DNA from: an uncultured Gemmatimonadales bacterium
GTDB taxonomy: Bacteria; Gemmatimonadota; Gemmatimonadetes; Longimicrobiales; Gaopeijiaceae
Length of the DNA: 64,000 nt
Assembly (NCBI GenBank): GCA_963823035.1
Contig: CAWGKG010000004.1
Location: 416,001-480,000 of the forward strand
Direction: 5' to 3'
The position numbers and the translations under genes are program-made. Positions 32,404 to 43,706 of this stretch are shown here, piece by piece (the first letter of the stretch is position 1; every line of letters starts with the position of its first letter). The notes beneath the pieces are model-generated. The model saw nothing but the letters and a program-made list of their open reading frames with translations. It ran no database searches and was not told the DNA's origin.

Positions 32404-33490
32404 CCGCCCGCGGCCTTCCCCTCCGCGGGGACGTACGGGCTCGGCGGGAGGTCGCGCGCGCCGTTGGTGCACCAACAGTCGTGCATCGGACAGCAACGGC
32501 AGGCGGACAGCACCCCGTCGACGGTCGGGTCGTCCGAGACCGCGCGCGTCACCAGATCCGCCAGGAAGTGCGGAAATCCGGGTCGTCGTGGGGGACGGGC
32601 ACACGGTGGACCTCCTTGCCGAGCGCCCTCCGCGAAGGCGCGCAGCTCGTGGTCGAGCTCGGCGAGCGTCTCGGACTGCTCGTGCATGAAGGAGATCGGC
32701 ACCACCACCAGATGCCGCTCGGCGACCTCCCGGATCGCGATCTCGTTGTCGGGCTGTGTCCAGCGGATGCGCCGGTTCGCGTGGTTCTGGAAGCCGACGC
32801 GGTAGCGGTCGGCGCCGAGCCGCGCGGGCCACCTCGGCGCAGTGCTCGAAGACGTAGCGGTCGTAACGCCCCTCGACGAGGTAGCGCACGGCGTGCCATG
32901 CACGGAGAAGTAGAGGAGCGTGTCGGGAGCCCCGAGGTCGAGCCCGCTCTCGTCCAGGAAGCGGCGCACGTGCGCGGCGCGCATCCCCACGTAGTCCGGG
33001 TGGTGGTGCCAGCCGGACAGGCCCACGAAGCGCGGGGCCCATGCGAGCTCGTCGAGGGCGCGCCGCACATCCCGGAGGGCCGCCACCGTCGTCGAGTGGC
33101 CGCACATCGGGTAGACGGGGAGGCCCACCAGGGTGTCCACCCCGTCCGCGCGTGCATGGGCGACCGCGTCGCCCACCGACGGGTCCGTGAACTGGAAGGC
33201 CGAATACACGCGAAGGCGCGGAGACGCGCGTCGACAGCACCTCGGCCAGGGCCCGTGCCTGAGCGTCGGCCTGCGCGTTCAGCGGAGAGCCACCGATCGC
33301 CTCGTAGTCGGCCACCAGGCCGGGCGCCCGGTCGCGGGCGAGCTGACGGGCGCGCGGTGCGCGCGGGTTCGTCCGCGTGACCCTCGAGGCCGGCGTTCTG
33401 CAGGAAGATGCGCTCGAGGTAGGGCTGCGCCTGGTCGAGCGTCGCCTCGTCGGGCTCGCCGAAGTTGAGGACGAGGATTCCGGTGGACAC
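32400..33490 (-). CDS. hemH: Ferrochelatase, frameshifted
   Basis: VLNFGEP, YEAIGGSPLN, LPVYP, FSVHGTP, WTQPD, PISFMHEQSETLAELD. Confidence 0.92.
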
Positions 33491-33551
33491 GAGGGCAGGC
33501 TCCGGCGGGTCGGTGGCGCAGGGCCTGCGAGGAGGCCGCGTGGACAGGCTC

Positions 33552-34588
33552 CTAGCACGTGCGAAGAGCTGCTCGTGCACGTGGTCGACGAGGAACGCCA
33601 ACCGGTCGGGGTCCGTGTTGCGGTGGATGCCGTGACCGAGGTTGAACACGTGCGCTTGGGCCGCCTCGCCCTCGCGCAGGACCTCGTCGGCCGCGGCGGC
33701 CAGCTCGGGCCGCGCCGCGAACAGCGCCGCCGGATCCAGGTTGCCTTGGACCACGGAGCCCTTCCCCAGCGTGTGCACCGCCGTGGAGAGGGGGACCGTC
33801 CAGTCGATCCCGATCACGTCCGCGCCGATCTGGCGCACGGCCGGAAGGAGCGACGCCGCGCCGTTCGCGAAGTAGATGATCGGCCGGTCGACACGGGCGC
33901 GCACGGACTCGACCAGCGTCTGGAGCACGGGGAGGACGAAGTGTCTGTAGGTCGAGGGCGCGAGCAGCCCGACCCACGAGTCGAAGAGCATGAGCACGTC
34001 CGCCCCGGCGCGCGCCTGCGCGACGAGGTAGCGCGACATCGAGCGGCCCAGGAGGTCGAGCAGCTCGTGGCCCAGCTCGGGCATGGCGTGCAGGAAGCCA
34101 CGCGCCTCCGCGAAGTCCTTCGAGCCGCCGCCCTCCACCAGGTAGCAGAAGAGCGTGAAGGGCGCACCGGCGAAGCCGATGAGCGCGGCCTCGTTGCGCA
34201 ACGCGGCCCGCACCAGACGGAGCGTCTCCATCACGTACGGCACGCCCTCCTCCGGCTCGAGCTCACGGAGCGCGGCCACGTGCGCCCGCGTGCGGATGGG
34301 GGCCTCCAGGACCGGGCCGGGATCGAACGCCACCTTCACGCCCATCCCCTCGAGCGGCGTCATGATGTCGCTGAAGAGGATGGCGGCGTCCAGAGGGAAG
34401 CGCTCCATCGGTTGGAGCGTGATCTCCGCGGCGATCCCGGGCGTGCGCGTCGCCGTCAGGAAGTCGACGCGCTCGCGCAGCGCGCGATATTCGGGGAGGT
34501 AGCGCCCGGCCTGCCGCATGATCCACACGGGGACGCGCCCGTTGCGCTCACCGCGGCAGGTGCGCTCGAAGAGGGTCGCCTCAGACAT
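33552..34588 (-). CDS. hemE: Uroporphyrinogen decarboxylase (3' end uncertain)
   Basis: PVWIMRQAGRYLPEYR, AAILFSDI, IGFAGAPFTL, QGNLDP, FNLGHGI. Confidence 0.96.
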
Positions 34589-35945
34589 CGGGAAACTCCG
34601 GCGCGCGCAGGATCGCCTCGGCGGCCTCCAGCGTCCGCTCGACGTCGCCGGGCGTATGCGCGAAGGACCAGAACCACGCCTCGAAGGGACTCGGCGGGAG
34701 GTGGATACCGCGGTCCAGGAGGCCGTGGAAGAGCGCGGTGAAGCGTGCGCGCGACGACGCCGAGGCGGACGGCCAGTCCACCACGGGACCTTCCGAGAAG
34801 AAGAGGGAGCCCATCGCGCCGACGCGGTTCCACCGCATCGGGATGCCGAGGCGGTAGCCGAGGTCCGCGAAACCCTCGTCGAACATCCGTCCGAGGGCCT
34901 CGAGTTGCTCGTAGACGCCTTTCTCCTCCTCGAGGTAGCGGAGCGTCGCCAGCCCCGCGGCCACGGCCAGCGGGTTGCCCGAGAGGGTTCCGGCCTGGTA
35001 GACGGGCCCTTCGGGAGCGATCTGGCGCATGAGGTCCGCGCGCCCGCCGTAGGCGCCCACGGGGAGCCCGCCGCCGATCACCTTCCCCAACGTGGTGAGG
35101 TCGGGGGTGATCGCGTAGCGCTCCTGAGCGCCACCCGGGGCCACGCGGAAGCCGGTCATCACCTCGTCGAAGACGAGGAGCGCCCCGTCCTTCCGGCAGA
35201 GCGTCTGCAGCCCCTCCAGAAAGCCCTCGACGGGTGGGACGCAGCCCATGTTGCCCGCCACCGGCTCCACGAAGACCGCCGCGATCTCACCGGCGTGCGC
35301 GTCGAAGAGCGCCTGCACGGAGGCCAGGTCGTTGAACTCGGCGACCAGCGTGTCGGCCGCCGTCCCCGGGGTGACCCCGGGGCTGGAGGGGACGCCCAGC
35401 GTGGCCGCACCCGAGCCCGCTTCGACCAGGAAGGCGTCCCCGTGCCCGTGATAGCCACCCCGGAACTTCACCATCCGCGCGCGCCCGGTGGCCGCACGGG
35501 CCAGGCGGAGCGCGCTCATCGTCGCCTCGGTGCCGGAATTGACCATGCGCACGATCTCGATGCCCGGCACGCGCGCCACGATCGCCTCGGCGAGCTGGAT
35601 CTCGCCCTCCGTGGGCGCCCCGAAGGAGGTGCCCTGCTCGAGCGCGGCGGCGAGCGCCCGAACCACCGTGGGGTGGCCGTGACCGAGCAGCATCACGCCC
35701 CACGAGCCGACGTAGTCGAGCAACTCGTTGCCGTCCACGTCCTCCAGGAAGGCCCCGTGGGCCGCGCGGATGAAGCGGGGCGCGCCACCCACGCCCTTGA
35801 AGGCGCGCACGGGGCTGTTCACGCCGCCGGGGATGACCCTGCGGGCCCGCTCGATGAGCGCCTCGGCACCGGTGGCGCCGCCCTCCTCCGACCTCTTCGT
35901 CGTCGTGCCCGTCGTCTGCATGCCTGTCCCTTCCCATCGCTCCAT
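34581..35945 (-). CDS. hemL: Glutamate-1-semialdehyde 2,1-aminomutase
   Basis: PGGVNSPVRAF, NSGTEATM, FDEVMTGFR, GKVIGGGLP, YQAGTLSGNP. Confidence 0.97.
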   Translation of the reverse strand: MERWEGTGMQTTGTTTKRSEEGGATGAEALIERARRVIPGGVNSPVRAFKGVGGAPRFIRAAHGAFLEDVDGNELLDYVGSWGVMLLGHGHPTVVRALAAALEQGTSFGAPTEGEIQLAEAIVARVPGIEIVRMVNSGTEATMSALRLARAATGRARMVKFRGGYHGHGDAFLVEAGSGAATLGVPSSPGVTPGTAADTLVAEFNDLASVQALFDAHAGEIAAVFVEPVAGNMGCVPPVEGFLEGLQTLCRKDGALLVFDEVMTGFRVAPGGAQERYAITPDLTTLGKVIGGGLPVGAYGGRADLMRQIAPEGPVYQAGTLSGNPLAVAAGLATLRYLEEEKGVYEQLEALGRMFDEGFADLGYRLGIPMRWNRVGAMGSLFFSEGPVVDWPSASASSRARFTALFHGLLDRGIHLPPSPFEAWFWSFAHTPGDVERTLEAAEAILRAPEFPDV

Positions 35946-35963
35946 GGTCTTCTCTTCGACCGA

Positions 35964-36713
35964 CTACTCCTGGTCGGCGCAGGCGTCCACGAGGGCGCCC
36001 ACCGTCGCCCTGTCGGCGATGCGGACGTCCATCCGCCCCGCCTTGCCCAACGCCGCGGCCGTGGTCGGGCCGATGGCCACCACGGCGCACGCCGTGAGCG
36101 CGTCGGCCAGGCGTCCGCCGAGGGCCTGCGCCAGCGCGCGTACCGCGGACGGACTGGCGAACGTCACCACGTCGACGCCGCGGATCAGGTCGCGGTGCAC
36201 CACGGTGCCGTCCGGCGGCGTGGGCGTCGTGCGGTAGGCCTCGACGCGATGCACGTCCGCGCCCATCCACCGCAATTCCCGGTCCAGCACGTCCCGCGCC
36301 AGGGACCCCGCCGGGAAGAGCACCCGGGCGCCGCTCCGCAGTCCGGCTTCGGCGAGCGCGTCCACCAGACCGTTCGCGCCGTTTCCGCGACCGACGACGT
36401 CCACGGGCCAACCCCGTCGGGACAGCGCCTCCGCCGTAGCCTCGCCCACGGCCGCCACCCGCGGGCGTCCCTGCGGCACCGGTACCCGCTCGGCCACGGC
36501 ATCCACGGCATGCGCGCTCGTGAAGGCGATCCAGTCGAAGCCCCCGAGGGCGGCGAGAGCCGCCTCCAGCGGCCCGGGATCCTCCGGTCCCTCGATGCGG
36601 AGCGTGGGCCAGACCCGCACCTCCGCGCCCTCGGCGCGCAGCGCGAGCACGAGCGTGTCGCCGGGCCGTCCGTCGCGCGTGGTGGCGACCACCCGCCCGT
36701 TCAGGCGGCCCAT
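35964..36713 (-). CDS. hemD: Uroporphyrinogen-III synthase
   Basis: LNGRVVATTR, FDWIAFTS, AVGEATA, AYRT, FASPSAV, IGPTTA. Confidence 0.9.
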   Translation of the reverse strand: MGRLNGRVVATTRDGRPGDTLVLALRAEGAEVRVWPTLRIEGPEDPGPLEAALAALGGFDWIAFTSAHAVDAVAERVPVPQGRPRVAAVGEATAEALSRRGWPVDVVGRGNGANGLVDALAEAGLRSGARVLFPAGSLARDVLDRELRWMGADVHRVEAYRTTPTPPDGTVVHRDLIRGVDVVTFASPSAVRALAQALGGRLADALTACAVVAIGPTTAAALGKAGRMDVRIADRATVGALVDACADQE

Positions 36714-37656
36714 CAGCCCTGCCCGACCGTACGGGGTGGAGGGCCCGCCCAGACGGCGTCCCGGAGCGAGGTGAGGCCCAGCTGCGCCACGAGATCCGCC
36801 GCGGCCCTCCTCCCGAGCGTCACGGCCTCCTCTACGGGCCCCGCGCATCGGGCCCTGGTGATGCCGGCGGGACCCACGACGGCCGCGCGAAGCACGAGCT
36901 CGGCGCCGTCGACCCGCGCGAGGGCACCGACCGGGGCCTGGCAGCCCGCCTGTAGCGCGCGCAGACAGGCACGCTCCGCCGTCACCTCGGCGCGCGTCCG
37001 GGGATCGTCCAGGGCGGCCACCGCGTCGCCGGCCTGGTCGTCGTCGGCGCGGATCTGGAGCGCGAGCGCTCCCTGCGCCGCGGCGGGGAGGAGCACGTCC
37101 GGGTCGAGGATCTCGGTGATGCGGTCGGCGAGCCCCAGCCTGCGCAGCCCCGCCACCGCCAGGACGATAGCGTCGGCCCGGCCGTCGTCCACGGCCTGCA
37201 GACGCGTCGGCACGTTGCCGCGCTGGTCCTGGATCATCAGGTCGGGGCGCGCGAGGCTCAGGAAGCCCTTCCGACGTGGTGAGGACGTGCCCACCCGGGC
37301 GCCCGCGGGCAGCGTGGACAGGGTGGCGCCACCGCTCACGAGCGCGTCGTACGGGTCCTCTCGCACGGGGAGGGCGCCGAGGGCGAGGCCCTCGGGGAGC
37401 GCCGTCGCCAGATCCTTGCACGAATGGACCGCGAGGTCGATGCGCCGTCAAGGAGCGCGTCCTCGATCTCCTTGGTGAAGAAGGACTGGCCCAGCTCGGG
37501 GCCGAGCGGTACGTCCTGGATCCTGTCGCCCGCCGTGCGGATCTCGACGAGCTCCACGGTGAGTCCGGGATGGGCCGCCTCCAGCTGGCGGGCCACCATC
37601 GTCGACTGCGCGAGCGCGAGGCGTGAGCCGCGCGTTCCGAGGCGGAGCGTGCTCAT
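36713..37656 (-). CDS. hemC: Hydroxymethylbilane synthase, frameshifted
   Basis: LGTRGSRLALAQ, FTKEIEDALL, GTSSPRR, RGNVPTRL, PAAAQGAL, AGCQAPVG. Confidence 0.95.
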
Positions 37657-38979
37657 GGGCGCTCCGCCGGTCCGAGGCAGGTGGGATCCACGCCGAAGAG
37701 GGAGGTCGCCGTCTCCAGCAGGTGGCGTCCCTCCTCCCTCGAAGCGTCCGCCTCCCGAAGCGCGAGCGTCGGGTGGTGCAGCACCGCCCGCGCCAGCGAG
37801 CGCGCGAGCTTGTGGAGGTCCTCCCGCTCTCCTCGGTGCGCCCGCGGGCCGTGCGTTCGGCTTCCGCCTGCGCCAGCTCGAGCACCTGCTCGCGCACGGC
37901 GCGCAGCACCGCGACGGACTCGCGGGAGCGCAACCACCTCATGAAGGCGTCCGCATCCTCCGCCACGATGGCCTCGGCGCGCGGAAGTCTGGGCGGCCCT
38001 CGCCTCCCGCGCGGCCTCCACGCCCGCGAAGACGTGCTCGAGGTCCATGACACGCACGCCCGGCAGCGTCGCGAGGTCCGGGTGGAAGTTGCGCGGGTGG
38101 GCGAGGTCGAGGAACCAGCGCCGTCCGGCGTCGCGTGCACGACGTCCGCGATCAGCGCTTCCTGGACGAGGTCGCCGCGCTCGGCGACGGCGCCGACCAC
38201 CACGTCCGCACCTGCGATCAGCCCGGGCAGGTCGTCGAGCGAGGCGGCGGTGGCGCCCAGCTCGGCGGCCACCAGCTCCGCCTCGTCGAGCGTCCTGTTC
38301 GCCACGATGAGGCGGCCCACGCCCTCCTTGCGCAGGAGGCGTGCGACCAGGCGCCCCGTGTCCCCCGCGCCCAGGACGACGGCGGAGAGGGGAGCCAGCG
38401 AGCCGGCCCGCTGCCCGAGGAGGGTGAGCGCCGCGCCGGCGAGCGACACGGCGCCCCGTCCGATCCCGGTCTCCGTGCGCACGCGCTTGCCGGCCGCCAG
38501 CGCGTTCTGGAAGAGCCGGAGGAGGAGGGGACCCGCGGTGTGGCGGGTCGAGGGTGCTCGAGCGCACCGCGCACCTGCCCGATGATCTGGGCCTCGCCGT
38601 GCACGACCGAGTCCAGCCCGGCGGCGACGCGGAAAAGGTGGACCACCGCCACCTGACCGCGCAGCGCGTAGGAGTGCGCCTCGATATCCTCCGGCGCCAT
38701 GCCGGTTCGCCGTGCCAGCAGCTGACGCAGACGCAGGAGCGCTCTTCCGGGTGCGCGCTCGCGCCGTAGAGCTCGAGGCGGCCACAGGTCACCGAGCGGC
38801 ACGGCCTCGTCGAGGACGCCCCTGGCCATCAACTCGGCCAGGGCTTCGTAGATCTCGTCCAAGTCCACGTAGAGGCGCTCCGCTCATCGCGGCGAAGCCA
38901 CCGAGTGGCTGGTGCCGAGGACGAAGAGCTCCCTGTGAGCCTCGCCCCTCCTCTCCCCTTCGTGCGTCACCGTCGTCAT
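37653..38979 (-). CDS. hemA: Glutamyl-tRNA reductase, frameshifted
   Basis: LGTSH, TCGRLELY, HLFRVAAGLDS, GEAQIIGQV, GKRVRTET, LGAGDTG, ANRT, DLAHPRN. Confidence 0.93.
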
Positions 38980-39033
38980 CCCTGGATTCTCGACGGTCGG
39001 TGTCCCGGATGTCGCGCTCACGCACGCCTCCCC

Positions 39034-40008
39034 TCAGACTTCAGCCAGCCAGCGGGCGGCGTCGAGGGCATGGTAGGTGAGGACCATGTCCGCACCGGCG
39101 CGCCGGAAGCCCATGAGCGTCTCGAGCACCACGGCGCGCTCGTCGATCCACCCGCGCTCCGCGGCGGCCTTCACCATGCTGTACTCGCCCGAGACGTTGT
39201 ACGCCGCGAGCGGATGGTTCGGGAACGCCTCGCGCGTGCGCCGCACCACGTCCAGGTACGCGAGGCCCGGCTTCACCATGAGGATGTCGGCGCCCTCGTC
39301 GATGTCCACCGCGTGCTCGAGCATCGCCTCCCGGCCGTTCGCCGGGTCCATCTGGTGGCTGCGCCGGTCGCCGAAGCGTGGCGCGCCGTCGGCCGCGTCC
39401 CTGAACGGACCGTAGTAGGAGGAGGCGTACTTGACGGAGTAGGAGAGGATCGGGGTGTCCATGTGGCCGTCCGCGTCCAGCCCCTCGCGGATCGCCCGCA
39501 CCATCCCGTCCATCATGCCCGACGGCGCGACCACGTCGGCTCCGGCACGCGCGTGCGAGACGGCGGTGTTCGCGAGTCGCTCGAGGGTCGGATCGTTGAG
39601 AACGTTGCCCGCGTCGTCGAGAAGGCCGCAGTGCCCGTGCTCGGTGTACTCGCACAGGCAGACGTCCGTGATCAGCACACCCCCGTACGCCCGGGCGCGC
39701 AACGCCCGCACGGCGCGCTGCACGATGCCCTCCTCGGCGTCGGCCTGGGATCCCCGCGCGTCCTTGTCACCGGGGATGCCGAAGAGGATCACGGCGCCCA
39801 CGCCGGCGCCGTCCGCTTCGTCGGCCACCCGACCGAGCTCGCCGACCGGCCAGCGCATCACCCCCGGCATCGACTTGATCTCGGTCGGCTCGTCCTCGAT
39901 CTCGGTCACGAAAAGGGGGAGGATGAGCTGGCGCGGATGGACGTGGTGCTCGCGCACCAGGGCGCGCAGGGCAGGGGTTCTGCGAAGGCGGCGAAGTCGC
40001 GTGTTCAC
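39034..40008 (-). CDS. hemB: Porphobilinogen synthase
   Basis: [49 protein letters not shown]. Confidence 0.97.
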   Translation of the reverse strand: MNTRLRRLRRTPALRALVREHHVHPRQLILPLFVTEIEDEPTEIKSMPGVMRWPVGELGRVADEADGAGVGAVILFGIPGDKDARGSQADAEEGIVQRAVRALRARAYGGVLITDVCLCEYTEHGHCGLLDDAGNVLNDPTLERLANTAVSHARAGADVVAPSGMMDGMVRAIREGLDADGHMDTPILSYSVKYASSYYGPFRDAADGAPRFGDRRSHQMDPANGREAMLEHAVDIDEGADILMVKPGLAYLDVVRRTREAFPNHPLAAYNVSGEYSMVKAAAERGWIDERAVVLETLMGFRRAGADMVLTYHALDAARWLAEV

Positions 40009-40159
40009 AATCGGATCCGGGTGTTTCGGACCTATCGGATTCAGGTAGGTGGAATCTCCCCTCACGCGCTGTGCCGCGAAATCGGGAATCCCCCTCTACC
40101 TGGGTCCGTAGTTCGCCCGACCCGGCGGTGGGTAGGTGCCCGACCCCGTCCGGGGCCGG

Positions 40160-42825
40160 CTATTCGCCGCGCAGAGCCACCATCGGATCCAGCCGCGACG
40201 CCCGGCGCGCCGGGACGAGGTTGGCCGCCGCCGCGACGATCACGAGGAGCGCCGTGACCACGACGTAGACGACCGGCTCGAGCGGACCCACCTCGACCAG
40301 GATGCCGGCCACGAACCCCCCTGCGGCCACGCTCGCGAGCAGCCCCACGCCCGCCCACGCGGCCACGAGCAGCATCCCCTGGCGGAACACCTGGCCGAGC
40401 ACCTGGCCGTGCCGGGCGCCCACGGCCATGCGCACGCTGATCTCGCGGGCGCGCTGGCCCACCGAGTACGAGATCACGCCGTACAGGCCGGCGACGGCGA
40501 GGAGGAGGGCCACCGCGGAGAACGTGCCGATCAGCCAGGAGGTGGCCCTGCGGGTCCAGAGCGACCGGTCCATCGACTCGGACATCGTCCGCACGTCCGC
40601 CAGCGGCAGCTCCGGGTCGAGCTCCGCCGTCACACGGCGCGCCGTCGCGACGGCGTCGGCCGTGGGGCCGTCGTAGACCATGGCGATGTTCATGCCCGAG
40701 CGCGGGAGCTGCCGCCACGGCTGGTACACGCCGGGCCGCATCGGCTCGTCCACGCCGTAGTGCTTCACGTCGCGGGTGACGCCGACGACGGTCAGCCAGC
40801 TCCGTCTCGTCGTCCGGTGCGCTGGTGCCGGGCGCGATCCGCCGCCCTACCGCCTCCTCCACGCCACCCATCCGCGTGCGCGCGAACGTCTCGTTGACGA
40901 TCACGACACCCGCTGCCCTCTTCGCGGCCGTCGAAGGCGTCGAAGTCGCGTCCGGCCAGGAGCTGGACGCCCATCGTCTCGAGGTAGCCGGGCGTGACCA
41001 CACGGTTGAGCACCACCGGATTGGCGTCGTCGTCACCGCGCGGCTGCTCGCCCTCGACCACGTAGAAGCACCCCCAGTGCCCCGAGAGCGGCAGGCTGCT
41101 CGCCGCGGCGACGTGCTCGACGCCCCGCTCGGCTCCCAGGCGATCGAGGTACGACGCACGAACGCCTCCCGGCTGGCGGTGTCCGGATAGCGCGCCGTCG
41201 GGGAGCGAGATGGAGTACGCGGTGACGCGGTCGACCCGGAAGCCGGGGTCCACCCGGCCGAGCCGCCAGACATCGAGCGTGCTCAGCCCGCCGACCACGA
41301 GGAGCACCAGGGCCAGCGCCACCTCGCCCATCACGAGCAGACCCATCCCGCGACGCCGGGCCGCCGAGGCCGTGGTGCGGTTGCCGGGGGCGGCGTGGGT
41401 GCCGCGCGCCATGCGCAGCGCGGGGGCGAGCCCGAACAGGAGGGTCGCGGCCGCCGTGAGGAGGAGGCTGAACGCGAAGATGCGCGCGTCCAGGTCGAAG
41501 GTGATCCACGGCGGGAAGCGGTCGGCCATGGCGGACACCAGCGCCCCCGAGCCCCAGAGGCCGAGGGCCGTGCCGCCCAACGCGCCCAGGAGGGCCAACA
41601 GTGCGCTCTCGGTGAGGAGCTGCGAGGCGATGCGCAGCCTCCCGGCGCCCAGCGCGAGGCGCACCGCGATCTCGTCCTCGCGGGAGAGCGAGCGCGCGAC
41701 CATGAGCCCCGCGATGTTGGCGCACGCGATGAGGAGCACGATGCCCACCGCCGCCAGGAGGAGTCCCGCGCCGAGGCGCACGTCGCCAAGGTAGCGGTCG
41801 CGCAGCGAAGACATCACGGGCGAGGTGATCTCGTTCACGTCGCGCGACTCGATCTGCCCCTTGTGCACCGAGGTGAGGTCCGCGAGCGCGCGCTCCATCG
41901 TGACGCCGGGCGCCAGCCGACCCACCCCGGTCAGGTACCATCCGTCGGTGCTCGCCGGATCCTCCTGCAGGGGCGTCCAGAGCTGCGCGTCGGCCACGAA
42001 GCGCGCCTCCGGGGGGAGCACGCCGACGATCTCGTACGGCTCGCCGTCCAGCGAGATGCTCGTTCCCAGCACACCCGCGTCGCGATCGAAGCGCTGCGCC
42101 CAGAAGCCGTCGGAGAGGAGGACCACCTTCGGGCCGTCGGGCACATCCTCGGCGGCGGTGAAGAAGCGGCCCACCTCGGGCTCGAGGCGGAGGACGTCGT
42201 CGAGGTCGTGGGAGGCGGAGACGTAGGAGATGCGCTCCGCGGAGCCCTCGGAGGCGAAGTTCGCCCCGCCTCGGGTGTAGACCGCCATCGAGGCGAACGT
42301 GCGGTTCGCCTCGCGCCACGCGACGAAGTCGGGGTAGGCGATGCCGACGTACTCGAGATTCCACTGCGGCGCGGTCTCGTCGAGGTCCACCAGCCGTCCC
42401 GCCTCGTCGAAGGGCAGGGGGCGCAGGAAGAGGCCGTCGAAGACGCGGAACATCGCCGCGTTCCCGGCGATGCCGACGATCATCAGGAGGAGGATGAGCC
42501 CGGCGTAGAGCGGCTCGCGCAGGATGCGGCGCCAGGCGTAGCGGACATCGGCGATCATCTTCGACATGCTCTCTCCCCCGGCGACCCCCGTCGCCTGTCC
42601 CCGCGTTCCCCTCGCCCGCGTCCCCCACTCCGCCGCGGCGCCTCGCGCCACGTCCCAGGCGACGGAAGTCCAGAAGCGGAGGCCCGGCTGCCCGCACTCG
42701 TCCATCCACGCCGCCCGCATCTCGACGAACAGCCGCTCCATCTCGTCGCCTCGCGATCTGCGGAATGCAGGCGGGAAGAGGCGCAGCAGCGCCCGATAGG
42801 CACGCCGTCCGCGGTCGCGCTCCAT
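40160..42825 (-). CDS. ADOP-type duplicated ABC permease, frameshifted
   Basis: DVRYAWRRILREP, GIAGNAAMF, LIACANIAGL, RAREISVRMAVGA, LDPMVALRGE*. Confidence 0.92.
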
Positions 42826-42826
42826 G

Positions 42827-43147
42827 TCAGGAGAGCTCCGACTCGGCCGTTCGCACCCAGCGGGCCAGGAGATCCGACTCGCGGCGCAGCCGCTCGCGTC
42901 CCGCCGCGGTGAGCGCGTAGTACTGACGGCGCTCGTCGTCGGGCTCGTGGTCTGGAGAGGGCACCGACGCGATGAGCCCCTCCTCCTCGAGCGTGGCGAG
43001 CGAGCGGTAGAGCATGGCCGGCCACAGCCGCATGCCCTCCTCGGTCTGGTCGAGCACCGCGCGCTGGATCCCATAGCCGTGCAGGGGCCCTCCGGCCAGC
43101 GCCAGGAGGATCTGGAACCACTGCAGCTTCATCGGGCTGGGAATCAT
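42827..43147 (-). CDS. PadR family transcriptional regulator
   Basis: FQILLALAGGPLHGYGI, PAMLYRSL, RRQYYALT. Confidence 0.95.
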   Translation of the reverse strand: MIPSPMKLQWFQILLALAGGPLHGYGIQRAVLDQTEEGMRLWPAMLYRSLATLEEEGLIASVPSPDHEPDDERRQYYALTAAGRERLRRESDLLARWVRTAESELS

Positions 43148-43160
43148 GGCGGGCCCATTC

Positions 43161-43198
43161 GATATCAGATGGGATTGATACCAAATGATATCATATGG
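43161..43198. promoter_or_regulatory. PadR-3 upstream palindromes (candidate operators)
   Basis: CCAAATGATATCATATGG (43181-43198) is a near-perfect palindrome; TATCA-N8-TGATA at 43163-43180. Confidence 0.6.
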
Positions 43199-43706
43199 AC
43201 CGTCGAAGCAAGCCCCGGTATCTGCCCGAGCCATCGAGTCGGCGGATGCACCGGGGCGGGCGTGCCGCGACGGACGGGGCGCGGTCGCGGAACGGCGAAC
43301 CCGACCGGCTCGCTCTCTACGGCGTGTGCACGATCTCCACCGCCATTCTCGTGCGATCGTCTCCGTACACCGTGGCATACGCCAACCTGCCCTCGTCGGC
43401 CGCGGGCACGTGAATGGCGCCGATGAACACGCGTGCGGTTTCATCCTTCTTGAAGTTCCGACGCGGCCCCGACTCGTAGCCGAGGGCCCTCCTACCACGC
43501 ACGTCGCAGCCGACGCCGGTGTCGTCACTCGCGGCAACTCGCCCGTCGTCGAAGTTGCCCCTGCTGATCGGGCTGAACACGGCGCGGCTCCCGGGCGTGT
43601 CGAGGTACGTGACTTCGAACAGCAGCGTCACGCAGCTGCCGTTGGAAACTCGCTGCCGGAGCCCACCGGGATCCTGCGAACGCCTCGGCGAAGCGAGCGC
43701 CGCGGT

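Noticed and set aside
35964..37451. Apparent long N-terminal extension of HemD / HemC-HemD fusion
   Set aside because: The extension is an off-frame reading of hemC; hemC stops at 36713 overlapping the hemD ATG
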